From Sulfurovaceae bacterium (lineage in GTDB: Bacteria > Campylobacterota > Campylobacteria > Campylobacterales > Sulfurovaceae), in NCBI GenBank assembly GCA_963698695.1, contig CAVORT010000009.1:98741-162740 (forward strand): DNA of 64,000 nucleotides, read 5' to 3'. Positions 1-10,550 of this stretch are shown in pieces (positions within the stretch are counted from its first letter, which is position 1; each line of letters begins with the position of its first letter). A model generated the notes under the pieces. That model was not told the DNA's origin and ran no database searches. It saw only the letters and a list, made by a program, of their open reading frames with translations. Made by a program: the position numbers and the translations under genes.

Positions 1-744
1 AGCCTTTCTGTATGGTTGTACAACAACATAAAACTTTATATTCTGTTTTTTTGTACTTTGTATCAGTCTTGTAAGTGACAGATAACTCTCTTGTGTCGTT
101 TCAGCTGCATAAGTGTCATCCCATTTTTTCTTGTCTATATCATCACCATATATATGCAAGCTAATACCTCCAGTATGGTCAAATTCTAAGTAAGTATATT
201 TATTATTTGACATGAACTTACTCTCCCAGTCCCAATGTCGTGGAATAGAGGATAATATATGTTTATAGGTATAGAAACTATATATAATGTTTGTGCCATT
301 CTTACCGAGTTTCGTATAGTTTTTTACAAAATCCAGATCAAATTCCTCAAATATTCTGTCTTCAGTAAAATCTAATGATTGGGTAGAGTATATAATCCTC
401 TTCGCATTAGGAAATAATTCTATAATACTCCAGATTCTCTCCCATCCCGTGACACCTATACTAAATGCTGATAGGTTGAGTATCTTCTTTACTTTTGTAG
501 AAGATGCAGCTAGTGTATCACCATGTAAATTATCAAGACCCATAGATGAACCTACGATAATTGTATCTACCATGTCTTTATGTGGCATATCTCTAATAAA
601 CATTAATTTAGCATCTAGTGAGATTCTATGTGTTAGGGGAAGAGGATAAAATTTTGAATAGTAGTAGGCATAAATAAAAACAGAAGTAAAAATAAATATA
701 AGTAACAATAAAAGTATTTTAGTGTATTTTTTAGCGTTTAACAT
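1..744 (-). CDS. Membrane-anchored SGNH-like protein (AlgJ/DltD-like MBOAT partner), runs off the window end
   Basis: Manual translation from ATG at 744 (MLNAKKYTKILLLLLIFIFTSVFIYAYY...) is open to position 1. N-terminal hydrophobic anchor, DTIIVGSSMG block-I-like motif, 11 nt downstream of the MBOAT stop. Confidence 0.65.
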   Translation of the reverse strand, partial: MLNAKKYTKILLLLLIFIFTSVFIYAYYYSKFYPLPLTHRISLDAKLMFIRDMPHKDMVDTIIVGSSMGLDNLHGDTLAASSTKVKKILNLSAFSIGVTGWERIWSIIELFPNAKRIIYSTQSLDFTEDRIFEEFDLDFVKNYTKLGKNGTNIIYSFYTYKHILSSIPRHWDWESKFMSNNKYTYLEFDHTGGISLHIYGDDIDKKKWDDTYAAETTQESYLSLTRLIQSTKKQNIKFYVVVQPYRKA

Positions 745-755
745 ATATTTCCTTC

Positions 756-2220
756 TTAAAAATTAAAATAGATAAATTCACTTTTTCTATACAAAACAAA
801 AATAGAAAGGAAAAAGACAATGGTACTGAACATATAGATAAAATTTGTTTTAAAACTCTCACGGAGTTGCATCGAATTTTTGAAAAAGAGTGTAGTGACA
901 AATGCAACAATCAGCCAAATAAATATTTCTCTATCACCTTTTATACCTGATAACCATTTACCAAACTCTATGCCATAATTATTTAAAAAATTTAGTTTAT
1001 TTTCTAAAGGTGAAGGCAAAATAATTTGACCAAAAAACATGCCATGTAGAACCTTTATAGCATCATCCCATTCCTTAGCCCTAAAAAATACCCAAGCAAT
1101 ATTGATAAAGTTAAAAGTAATAAACCATGCAAGGACTTTAGGCATCGTGAAACCAAGTTGTTTCCAAGCTTGTGAATGACTAATGCAAGACCATGTAAAG
1201 CCCCCAAAATACAAATGTCCAACCAGCACCATGCCAAATACCACCAAGTAATGAAAGTGGCCATAAAGTTGTTGTAGGTTCGAAAGTTACCCTTTCTATT
1301 TCCACCTAAGTGGAATATAAATATAATCTCTTAAGAATCGAGAGAGCGTAATATGCCATCTTCTCCAAAAGTCTTGAATATCTGAGTGCTTTATACGGAG
1401 AATTAAAGTTAATAGGTAGTTTGATATTAAAGAGTAGGGCAGCTACCTATAGCCATATCTGTATAACCGGAGAAATCAAAGTAAAGTTGAAAAGTATAAG
1501 AGAAAGATGTTGCCCAAGCTTCAAAGAAATTCAAATTTGTCTGCTATATCAAATCCATGTGGTTGCCCATACAGCAAAAGTATCTGCAATGACTACTTTT
1601 TTAAAGAGACCAATAGAGAAATATAAATAGTCCAGTCGCAATATTTTTATAGTTTTTAACTTTATTTCTACATTGGCAAACTGAGGCATCATTTCTGCAT
1701 GATGGACAATTGGACCGGCAATAAGCTGAGGGAAGAAGGTAACAAAGACAGCGTAGTTTAAAAAGTCATACTCTTTGTTTCTCTGATCTATAGCTAGTCA
1801 ACCAAATAAGCAATTTGTTGAAAGGTAAAAAAAGTGATAGCTAAGGGTAGGGCAAATGTAATAAAGGGACAGCCTGTACTAAATACAGCGTTAAAATTTT
1901 CTATAAAGAAGTCTGAATATTTAAAATAACCTAGTAAAGCAAGATTAGCTATAATCCCAATGTTAAAAGAGATTTTCTAGATACGAACGTTTTTACTCTT
2001 TTGCCAAACTTAGAGAGTATTTCCTAACACATAATTAAATAACATTGAGACAAGTATAAGTGGCAAATAAGACTATATTCCACCAACTATAAAAGAACAG
2101 AGAAGCAAAAACTAAAAAACCTTTACTTGCTTCTGTAAGATGTATCTTATTAAGATAAAAGTAGATAAAAAAAGTTACTGGTAAGAACATAAATATGAAT
2201 GTATAGGAGTTAAATAGCAT
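756..2220 (-). CDS. MBOAT family O-acyltransferase (AlgI-like), split by several indels
   Basis: Start [14 protein letters not shown]; fragments contain [59 protein letters not shown] and C-terminal EFIYFNF. Confidence 0.9.
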
Positions 2221-2327
2221 AGTTTATTATATTCTCCCCATTCTTTTTAATTACATAAATTGTATCATATGTTTATATTATCTTGCATAAAGTAGACAAG
2301 TGAAATAGATACTATAAGTTACTAAAT

Positions 2328-5300
2328 TTAATCTGTCAAAACATTTGCCCATAAGTCAGCCATAGAATTGTATCCTATGCCATTTGGGTGAAGGTTATCT
2401 ATATATTCATTAAGATAGTTATTTCTATAGTAAGTGTACATATCTGGCGATTGGGTTGTTATATTATTCAATGGGTCACTAATGAGTTCATCAATCACGT
2501 CATTAAACTCTCTAGTTTTAATATTTCTAAACTCATCATCGATTGGCTCAGTGTATCTTCCTGTTTGCGAGGAAAAACCTAGGACTACAGGCACTTTAGC
2601 AATGACTATTTTTTTCCCTGCATTGTTAAGTATATCAATCATCTGTTGTAGATAATCTTTATAGCTTCCCGTATAACCAGGATCACCTATATCCAAGTTT
2701 TTCCCACTATTTAAAGGTGCCCAAGTTGAAGAGTCATTTGTACCATATAAGATCAAATAGGTACTTGCCTTTGGATAGTTGAAAAGTATGGTTGGTAAAC
2801 GGGTTAACCCTTCAAGCGTATTTTCACTACCGAGACCCTCATTAATTACACTGTGCGGATATCCTTTATACTCAGTCAATAAATCATTTAGTATAGGTGT
2901 ATAGCCACCTCCATCGTTACGTCCATCTAGTGAAACATCATTTGATGGTATGTCATCTCCATACCCCAAAGTTATACTATCACCTATGGCCACAATGATA
3001 TCACCAACTGCAATATTTTGAACGACATCATGATTTTCATCACCGTCTTGTATCATATTTGTATTATCAATAATATAGGCATCTACTTGGTGTTCACCAA
3101 AGCTAAGATTTGTAAATTCTCCTTGGTAAGGTGCAACTTTATCAATGTATACTTGGGAGTCTGATGTATCTGCATCTAAGACAAATTGTACACCCCATCC
3201 ATATGCCAAATTTGAGACAGAAGCTTCTACTGCGAGTGTAGTAGAAGTCTGTATATGTCCTGTTTGAGGAGTGGTGATATTGATAGCTGAGGACAGGTTA
3301 TAAACAATATTATCATAAAAGGCATCCTGTTGCAAAGTATCCACAAAGAAGGAGTTGACAGTAATAGGCGTCGCATCGTTATCCATGATTAACGTATCAC
3401 CAAAGGCTTCTACAGTTGTAGAAGCTGGGCTAAAAGTGACTGTGATAGTATAATTTATGCCTTGTGTATACTCACTGCTAAATGCTACAGAATCAACTTT
3501 TACATTATTGACATATTTTGCTATTTCTACAGCACCATAGTTATCAGTATTTTCAATTTGATAAAAGTTATTGGCATCCTGAGTGAGTTTTAAGATAAAG
3601 ACACCACCACCTGGGTAGTACCTTACCGGAAGGAAGTCTATACTGAAACTTCCTTCTGTAGAAGAAGTGAGATCGCCAGAGAATGCCAGAGCGACATCAT
3701 TGCCTGTTAACACATGAGCACGTTCTCCTGTAGCATCATAATTGAAGTTCCCAGTACCACCTTTAGTCCATGTGTCCTCTGTACTATACTCTAATGTTGT
3801 ATCTGTACTGAAATCGTCTGTGTAGGTGCTATTGTTTGAAGCTGGTATGTAAGGTGTTATTGTAATATTGACAGTCGCTATATTAGAAATGTTACCATCA
3901 TCATCAGCTACAGTATAAGTAAAGTAATCAGAACCAGAGAAATCACTGTTTGGGACATAAGCGACATTTCCATCACTTAGAATAGAGAGTGTACCATGAG
4001 ATACATCAGAGATGATATTGATAGAATCTGTATCTATACTTCCATCGCTATCATTATCATTTTGAAGTATATTGATAGTTACTGTGGCATTTTCATCTAA
4101 GGTGACATAGTCATCAGTTACCACAGGGGCACTATTACTTGGGGGTTCACTAGGGTTTGTTGTGTAGACAATATTATCATAAAAGGCATCCTGTTGCAAA
4201 GTATCCACAAAGAAGGAGTTGACAGTAATAGGCGTCGCATCGTTATCCATGATTAACGTATCACCAAAGGCTTCTACAGTTGTAGAAGCTGGGCTAAAAG
4301 TGACTGTGATCGTATAATTTATGCCTTGTGTATACTCACTGCTAAATGCTGCAGAATCAACTTTTACATTATTGACATATTTTGCTATTTCTACAGCACC
4401 ATAGTTATCAGTATTTTCAATCTGATAATAGTTACTGGCATCCTGAGTGAGTTTTAGAGATAAAGACACCACCACCTGGGTAGTACCTTACCGGAAGGAA
4501 GTCTATACTGAAACTTCCTTCTGTAGAAGAAGTGAGATCGCCAGAGAATGCCAGAGCGACATCATTGCCTGTTAACACATGAGCACGTTCTCCTGTAGCA
4601 TCATAATTGAAGTTCCCAGTACCACCTTTAGTCCATGTGTCCTCTGTACTATACTCTAATGTTGTATCTGTACTGAAATCGTCTGTGTAGGTGCTATTGT
4701 TTGAAGCTGGTATGTAAGGTGTTATTGTAATATTGACAGTCGCTATATTAGAAATGTTACCATCATCATCAGCTACAGTATAAGTAAAGTAATCAGAACC
4801 AGAGAAATCACTGTTTGGGACATAAGCGACATTTCCATCACTTAGAATAGAGAGTGTACCATGAGATACATCAGAGATGATATTGATAGAATCTGTATCT
4901 ATACTTCCATCGCTATCATTATCATTTTGAAGTATATTGATAGTTACTGTGGCATTTTCATCTAAGGTGACATAGTCATCAGTTACCACAGGGGCACTAT
5001 TACTTGGGGGTTCACTAGGGTTTGTTATGTAGACAATATTATCATAAAAGGCATCCTGTTGCAAAGTATCCACAAAGAAGGAGTTGACAGTAATAGGCGT
5101 CGCATCGTTATCCATGATTAACGTATCACCAAAGGCTTCTACAGTTGTAGAAGCTGGGCTAAAAGTGACTGTGATAGTATAATTTATGCCTTGTGTATAC
5201 TCACTGCTAAATGCTACAGAATCAACTTTTACATTATTGACATATTTTGCTATTTCTACAGCACCATAGTTATCAGTATTTTCAATTTGATAAAAGTTAT

Positions 5301-5622
5301 TGGCATCCTGAGTGAGTTTTAAGATAAAGACACCACCACCTGGGTAGTACCTTACCGGAAGGAAGTCTATACTGAAACTTCCTTCTGTAGAAGAAGTGAG
5401 ATCGCCAGAGAATGCCAGAGCGACATCATTGCCTGTTAACACATGAGCACGTTCTCCTGTAGCATCATAATTGAAGTTCCCAGTACCACCTTTAGTCCAT
5501 GTGTCCTCTGTACTATACTCTAATGTTGTATCTGTACTGAAATCGTCTGTGTAGGTGCTATTTGCAAGTAGGAAGGTAGAGAAGAAAAGTAAAAATTGAG
5601 TAATAAGAAATTTTTTTTTCAT
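2328..5622 (-). CDS. Large secreted protein (~1100 aa): signal peptide, 3 beta-sandwich domains, 2 Ig/cadherin-like (Big_9-type) domains, Ig-like domain, C-terminal SGNH/GDSL hydrolase; one extra base near 4457
   Basis: ORFs 4432..5622 and 2328..4475 join on removing one base (ttttagagataaag vs ttttaagataaag in the other copies). Signal MKKKFLITQFLLFFSTFLLA; NSAPVVTDD...PNSDFSGSDYFTYTVAD repeats; SGNH motifs AIGDSIT, GTND, DNLHP. Confidence 0.85.
3304..5562. repeat. Intragenic tandem repeat, ~2.6 near-identical copies of an 864-bp (288-codon) unit
   Basis: acaatattatcataaaaggcatcc recurs at 3304, 4168 and 5033 (periods 864 and 865); only a few substitutions between copies. Confidence 0.95.
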
Positions 5623-5669
5623 ATGAGTAACACTCCTAATATACCCAATCAGTAGGGTAATAAATTATT

Positions 5670-5751
5670 AAGAGTAACATGGCAATCTATAATTCTATAT
5701 AGACCCAATTGCTTTCCGCCCTATCTTTACAGATAGTTTGGCTTTTATCTT
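5670..5751 (-). ncRNA. c-di-GMP-I (GEMM) riboswitch aptamer
   Basis: Minus strand AAGA-TAAAAG-CCAAACTATCT-GTAA-AGATAGGGCGG-AAAG-CAATTGGGTCTA...GATTGCCATGTTAC-TCTT: P1 AAGA/TCTT, GNRA-capped P2, AAAG junction, G20/A47/C92 equivalents present; lies in the 5' leader of the gene starting at 5622. Confidence 0.8.
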
Positions 5752-5944
5752 TTTATTTAACTCAGACTATCATATATATTCTTAAAAATAAATAAAAATT
5801 TATACTATTTTCTATACAAAATCAGGACATGTATAAAGATCTTGAGGCGTAAGTTAACACAAAGGTGATAAATATTCATTTAATTATTTTTTGATATTTA
5901 TTTATTTATTCAACATATAGTTTTTTATGACTTAGTCCATACGC

Positions 5945-5976
5945 TTCACACACCCTTCACACTTCTACTCTATAAT
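5945..5976 (+). promoter_or_regulatory. Direct-repeat box TTCACA-N5-TTCACA, 9 nt before a TATAAT -10 element
   Basis: ttcaca 5945-5950 and 5956-5961, tataat 5971-5976; same geometry at 8855 and 9322. Confidence 0.7.
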
Positions 5977-6009
5977 TCAGAATACAAATAATTATTATAA
6001 GTTCAATAA

Positions 6010-6594
6010 ATGAATCAAGCAATAAAGAGTCGTAGAAATTTTATATCAAAAATGTTAATAGCGGGAGCAAGTGGAGTGACATTATTGTCAACCTCTGCAA
6101 GTGCACGTGTTAAAAATGCAAGAGATAAAAAGAAAAATACTACTGTTGCATTGACAGAAGAACAAAAAGACACTTTGTTTTACATCTATCAAGAAGAGAA
6201 GCTTGCTAGAGATACTTATATTAAATTAGGTGAAGTGTATCCAGATGAAAGTACATTTGCTTCTATACAAAAATCAGAACAAAGACATATAGACTCAGCA
6301 AGAGAACTTTGCACAAAGTATGGTGTGGATATCTCTCATGTGGATGAAGACTCTGTAGGGGAGTTTGAACTGCCTATACTACAAGAGCATTATGATACAT
6401 TTATGATCCAAGGTGATAAGTCTCTCTTAGATGCCTTAAAAGTAGGAGAGCACATTGAAGTGATGGATATAGATGATCTTGAAACTGCTGCAGTAGGTAT
6501 GCCTAGTGATGTTGCCAATGTGTATGAGCAACTCAAAGAAGGTAGTTTAAACCACTTAGAAGCATTTGAAGCTGCGATATCACGAGCACAATAA
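6010..6594 (+). CDS. Tat-signal ferritin-like protein (DUF2202-like)
   Basis: SRRNFI twin-arginine signal; EEKLARD, SEQRH, GSLNHLEAF ferritin-like motifs. Confidence 0.75.
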   Translation: MNQAIKSRRNFISKMLIAGASGVTLLSTSASARVKNARDKKKNTTVALTEEQKDTLFYIYQEEKLARDTYIKLGEVYPDESTFASIQKSEQRHIDSARELCTKYGVDISHVDEDSVGEFELPILQEHYDTFMIQGDKSLLDALKVGEHIEVMDIDDLETAAVGMPSDVANVYEQLKEGSLNHLEAFEAAISRAQ

Positions 6595-6986
6595 TGCTTC
6601 AACCTCAAGATATTATAGGAATATATTATGATGCACTTTACAGTGGAGATCTTGCCATTGTAAAGTCTCATATGACTGAAGTATCTTATTTTATGACGTT
6701 AGAGTCTTTTGGTCTACGTCTCTCCTTCAAGGATGCAGCATTTAAAACACTACTTGAAAAAGTGAAAGAGGATGATGTAGCCCTTAAGCAAGTAGAGAAG
6801 CTTCTCTCAGAAGATTTGATTTCTAGAGCATATACACCGATCATTGAAATACTAAACATAGAAGAAAATGGTGATGAAAGACAAACTATATACTATTCAG
6901 AAGATAAGAAAACTAAAAAACTTTACTTCTCAAAAGAAGAAAATGGATGGAAGATCAACTACTATGCAGGGCGTAAAGTAGTTTAG
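6594..6986 (+). CDS. Hypothetical protein
   Basis: 130-aa ORF coupled to the upstream gene (TAATG overlap). Confidence 0.6.
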   Translation: MLQPQDIIGIYYDALYSGDLAIVKSHMTEVSYFMTLESFGLRLSFKDAAFKTLLEKVKEDDVALKQVEKLLSEDLISRAYTPIIEILNIEENGDERQTIYYSEDKKTKKLYFSKEENGWKINYYAGRKVV

Positions 6987-8140
6987 TCTGCCCAAACCAA
7001 TTTAAATTCACTTCCTTTGGCAAGCTCTGAATTGAGTACTATTTTGATATGGTACTCTTTACAGATTTGGCTGACGATATCTAATCCCACTCCAAAACCT
7101 CCATGAAGACTGTCACTGGATTTAAAGCGTTCAAATATTTTCTTTTGATCTTCTTGAGAAATACCAAGACCATTATCTTTTACACTTAAGTACTGTTCTG
7201 TCAAAATTAATTTTATATGCCCACCTTTTTTACTAAATTTAATAGCATTTGAGAGAAGGTTGTCTATGACTAATATGAGTTTTCTTTTATCCATATTGAT
7301 CGTTTTATGCTGCATGTCACAGGTCATATGTAGCTCCTTGAAATGTATAAGGGTATCCATATATTTCACCCTTTCTAAAACGACTTCTTTTACATCTAAG
7401 GGAGTGTCTTCATATTGGATATAATCATGAAAAGAGGCAAATGAGAGATCATTGTAAAGACTAGAAAGCGTTTTACTGGCTATATCGATGCGATCAAGTG
7501 AACGTAGTTGTTTGGTAGTCAGATTTTCTTTGTCCATATGTTCATAACTCATCAGTATGGTACTTATGGGTGTGTTCATTTCATGGGTAGCATCTTTCAT
7601 AAATTTGGATAATTTAGAGACGGACAGCTTGATAGGCTGCAACATGATTTGAGACAGTAAGAAAGCAACAAAAAGTAGAAAAACAAAACCATACGCTGCG
7701 ATACGCATGATCTGATCAATGATCTTATCGAGTTTCTCACTATCAAGGGCTCTTTTAAGCACAATGTATTTTACACCAAGATACTCTTTTTGAATCGATT
7801 CGACAAGATAATAGTCTTCTCCTTGTACATAAAATAGCTGAGAAAAATCAATATCTTTATTAAAGGTAGAGGCTAGGAGTTCTCTTTGATTGTTGTATAA
7901 TGCAATGTCATAACCATCTTCGTAAAATGTAAAATCCTCACTTTGTTGGTTATGATAAAATTCTAACTGAGAATTAATACTTTGGACCTTGTATCGCATG
8001 TCAAGGCGTAACTGTGTTACGAGTGAATTTTTCTCATCGATATAATAAAGATATCCCAACCCTATAGCAAAAATACTCAAAGAACCCATATAGACCAGCA
8101 TAAATAGAAGTACACTTTTAGTGCTTGCCTTCATGGTCAT
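6983..8140 (-). CDS. Sensor histidine kinase (2 TM)
   Basis: H-box DATHEMNTPIS, N-box NLLSNAIKF, DNGLGI, GFGVGL. Confidence 0.92.
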   Translation of the reverse strand: MTMKASTKSVLLFMLVYMGSLSIFAIGLGYLYYIDEKNSLVTQLRLDMRYKVQSINSQLEFYHNQQSEDFTFYEDGYDIALYNNQRELLASTFNKDIDFSQLFYVQGEDYYLVESIQKEYLGVKYIVLKRALDSEKLDKIIDQIMRIAAYGFVFLLFVAFLLSQIMLQPIKLSVSKLSKFMKDATHEMNTPISTILMSYEHMDKENLTTKQLRSLDRIDIASKTLSSLYNDLSFASFHDYIQYEDTPLDVKEVVLERVKYMDTLIHFKELHMTCDMQHKTINMDKRKLILVIDNLLSNAIKFSKKGGHIKLILTEQYLSVKDNGLGISQEDQKKIFERFKSSDSLHGGFGVGLDIVSQICKEYHIKIVLNSELAKGSEFKLVWAD

Positions 8141-8809
8141 TTTACCATCATCTTAAATCTGTAGCCTATACCTCTTAGGTTTTCTATCATATCTTTTTTC
8201 AAGTGTTTTCTAAGATTTTTGATATGTGCGCGTAAGGATTCAGATGATACCTCTTCATCATAGTCCCACATAACTTTATAGAGATTGTCAAAGGTCACTA
8301 TCTCGTTGGGATGTTGTAAAAAATGTTTGAGGAGTTTGAGTTCTTTTTGTGGTAAAGATATGGCACCATTTTCTGTGTTTAATAATTCGGTCTCTATGTC
8401 AAACGTCAGATCTGTGTCTATCTGAATAAGAGAAGATCGTTGTTGCGTAAAGGTACGTTTCTGGATGTTTTTAATACGTAAAAGTAACTCTGCAAGTTCA
8501 AAAGGTTTTTTAAGATAATCATCTGCACCACTCTCAAAACCTTTAGACACATCTTCAATGTCATTCAGTGAAGTAACAAATATGGTGGGGGTAGTGTCCT
8601 TATTATCTCTTAACATTTTTAGCAGATCAAAGCCCTTTATGGCAGGAACATTTACATCAAAGATATACAAGTCATAGTTAGCTTTCATAAGCAAGTGATA
8701 AGGCTTCTTCACCATCATAAGCAAGATCGACTTCAAAATCATGGTCATCAAGGTACTCAGAGATGATATCTGCCAAAGCAACATCATCTTCCAATAGTAA
8801 AATTTTCAT
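8137..8809 (-). CDS. OmpR-family response regulator (indel near 8685)
   Basis: True start MKILLLEDD at 8809 with AGGAG RBS; DLYIFDVNVP, GADDYLKKPF, winged-helix end IENLRGIGYRF. Confidence 0.9.
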
Positions 8810-8854
8810 AACAACTCCTCTCTTTAATTATAACATTAATAGAGGAATGATGAC

Positions 8855-8886
8855 TTCACATACATTTCATAGTTTTTAACTATAAT
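8855..8886 (+). promoter_or_regulatory. Direct-repeat box TTCACA-N5-TTCATA, 9 nt before TATAAT
   Basis: 8855-8860, 8866-8871, tataat 8881-8886. Confidence 0.7.
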
Positions 8887-8911
8887 ATGCTTAAATAATG
8901 AGAAAGGTACT

Positions 8912-9298
8912 ATGATGAGATATATGTATATTGTTCCTACATTCTGCATCCTTAGTACCATTTTACTGTACGCACAGACGGGTAGCTTAAGTAGTATTTT
9001 ACAAAAATCCGGTGAAAAAAAGATACTCTTAAACCCACCATCCAAAAAGAAAAAACCAAAAAAGAAGACATTTGTTTTTACAGATAAATATGACTTTAAT
9101 GGTATTGGATCAGAAGATAAAAACAAAAAGAAATCAGAACAATATGAGTATAAAAATAAGTCTAAGTTCAAATTTAAATTTAATTCAGGTTCCGAATATA
9201 ATAATGTAACAGGTAGACACAGTACGATGCCTTCAGGAGGTGCTGGAAGTAGTTTAGGTTCTGCAGGTGGTAGCCAAGGTGGTGGAGGGCGTCGCTAA
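8912..9298 (+). CDS. Hypothetical exported Lys-rich protein with Gly/Ser-rich tail
   Basis: Hydrophobic N-terminus, AAAGG RBS, low-complexity C-terminus. Confidence 0.6.
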   Translation: MMRYMYIVPTFCILSTILLYAQTGSLSSILQKSGEKKILLNPPSKKKKPKKKTFVFTDKYDFNGIGSEDKNKKKSEQYEYKNKSKFKFKFNSGSEYNNVTGRHSTMPSGGAGSSLGSAGGSQGGGGRR

Positions 9299-9321
9299 TT
9301 CTTTCTTCTCCGCGTTTAAAC

Positions 9322-9353
9322 TTCATACATACTTCATACTTTTTTCCTATACT
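9322..9353 (+). promoter_or_regulatory. Direct-repeat box TTCATA-N5-TTCATA, 9 nt before TATACT
   Basis: 9322-9327, 9333-9338, tatact 9348-9353. Confidence 0.65.
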
Positions 9354-9394
9354 TTGAGAGTAAGAAATTATAATTTATATATTAAAGAATGAAC

Positions 9395-9553
9395 ATGAAA
9401 ATAACATTACTCACATTAGGTACTTTAGCGCTATTGGCATCTCCATCATTTGCAGTGGAAGATAATCTACAAGAACATTTAAGAACGCAAGACAAATTAG
9501 AGAAAAAAGAAAGATTAAAAGATATTTTATGCTATCTAGGCTTTCATTTATAA
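9395..9553 (+). CDS. Small signal-peptide protein (52 aa), possibly truncated
   Basis: MKITLLTLGTLALLASPSFA|VEDNLQEHLRTQDKLEKKERLKDILCYLGFHL; below the ORF-track cutoff. Confidence 0.5.
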   Translation: MKITLLTLGTLALLASPSFAVEDNLQEHLRTQDKLEKKERLKDILCYLGFHL

Positions 9554-9598
9554 AACTATAGAATATTGAGCACAACAAACCCCAATAAAGAAGTCATC

Positions 9599-10465
9599 TT
9601 ACTTCTCAAAAAGTGGGGTTTTATTTTTTTTATGCCAAGTTATGACCTTTTCCCATGCTTCTTCTGCATTATCTACATAGGTCAAGATATCAAGATCTTC
9701 AGGCTTGATCACATCTTCTTCTTTTAAAAATTCAAAATTGATGGCCTTTTCCCAATATGCTTTCCCTACTAAGACAATGGGAATAGAGGGACTTTTCTTA
9801 GTTTGTATAAGTGTCAATACTTCAAAAAGTTCATCAAAGGTACCAAAGCCACCGGGAAAAACCACTAGTGCTTTGGCACGCTGTAAAAAGTGTAGTTTAC
9901 GTATGGCAAAATAGCGAAACTGAAAACAGAGTTCAGGGGTGATGTAGGGGTTGGGAAACTGTTCGTGTGGCAGCTCTATATTTAGTCCTATGGATTTTGC
10001 GCCTACATCCAATGCACCACGATTGGCTGCCTCCATAATGCCGGGTCCTCCTCCTGTCATCATGGTGACATGACAATCTTCAGGGCTCTTACCACTTTTA
10101 CCGACGAGTTGACCCAAGGTACGTGCTTCATCATAATAGACACTTTTTTGTACCATACTTTCAGCTTTTTTAAGTGCAGATAACAGTGTTTCTGAATGTG
10201 GAGATGTTTTTAACTCTTTTTCTATCTTTTTAAGTTCTGTCATAGCTGCATCAAACTCTACTATACGCGCACTGCCAAATACCACAATAGTATGGTTGAT
10301 ACCTTGTTCACGCATTTTTACTTCTGCTTTAAGGTAGTCAAGTTGAAGCCTTACCCCTCTGGCATCGTTGGAGTAGAGAAAATTCTTGTCCTCTTCTGCA
10401 ACCTCAAAAGTGGGGTCACTTATAATGGCTTGGATCTGCTTTAATTCTTTGGATTCTTTTTTCAT
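9599..10465 (-). CDS. LOG family / TIGR00730 Rossmann-fold protein
   Basis: VFGSAR, TGGGPGIMEAANRGA, PGGFGTFDE motifs. Confidence 0.9.
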   Translation of the reverse strand: MKKESKELKQIQAIISDPTFEVAEEDKNFLYSNDARGVRLQLDYLKAEVKMREQGINHTIVVFGSARIVEFDAAMTELKKIEKELKTSPHSETLLSALKKAESMVQKSVYYDEARTLGQLVGKSGKSPEDCHVTMMTGGGPGIMEAANRGALDVGAKSIGLNIELPHEQFPNPYITPELCFQFRYFAIRKLHFLQRAKALVVFPGGFGTFDELFEVLTLIQTKKSPSIPIVLVGKAYWEKAINFEFLKEEDVIKPEDLDILTYVDNAEEAWEKVITWHKKNKTPLFEK

Positions 10466-10550
10466 AGTTATTCCTCTAAAAACATTATACATATTTTCTG
10501 ACTAAATCATTTTAATGCTATAATGAATCATATTTATTTAAAGGTCAATC

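Noticed and set aside
3304-5562. Repeats as a CRISPR array or DGR template
   Set aside because: Long coding tandem units, no spacers, no cas or reverse transcriptase gene in the window.
5611-5619. A9 tract at the start of the secreted protein as a phase-variation switch
   Set aside because: In frame and encodes an ordinary MKKK signal n-region in an AT-rich genome.
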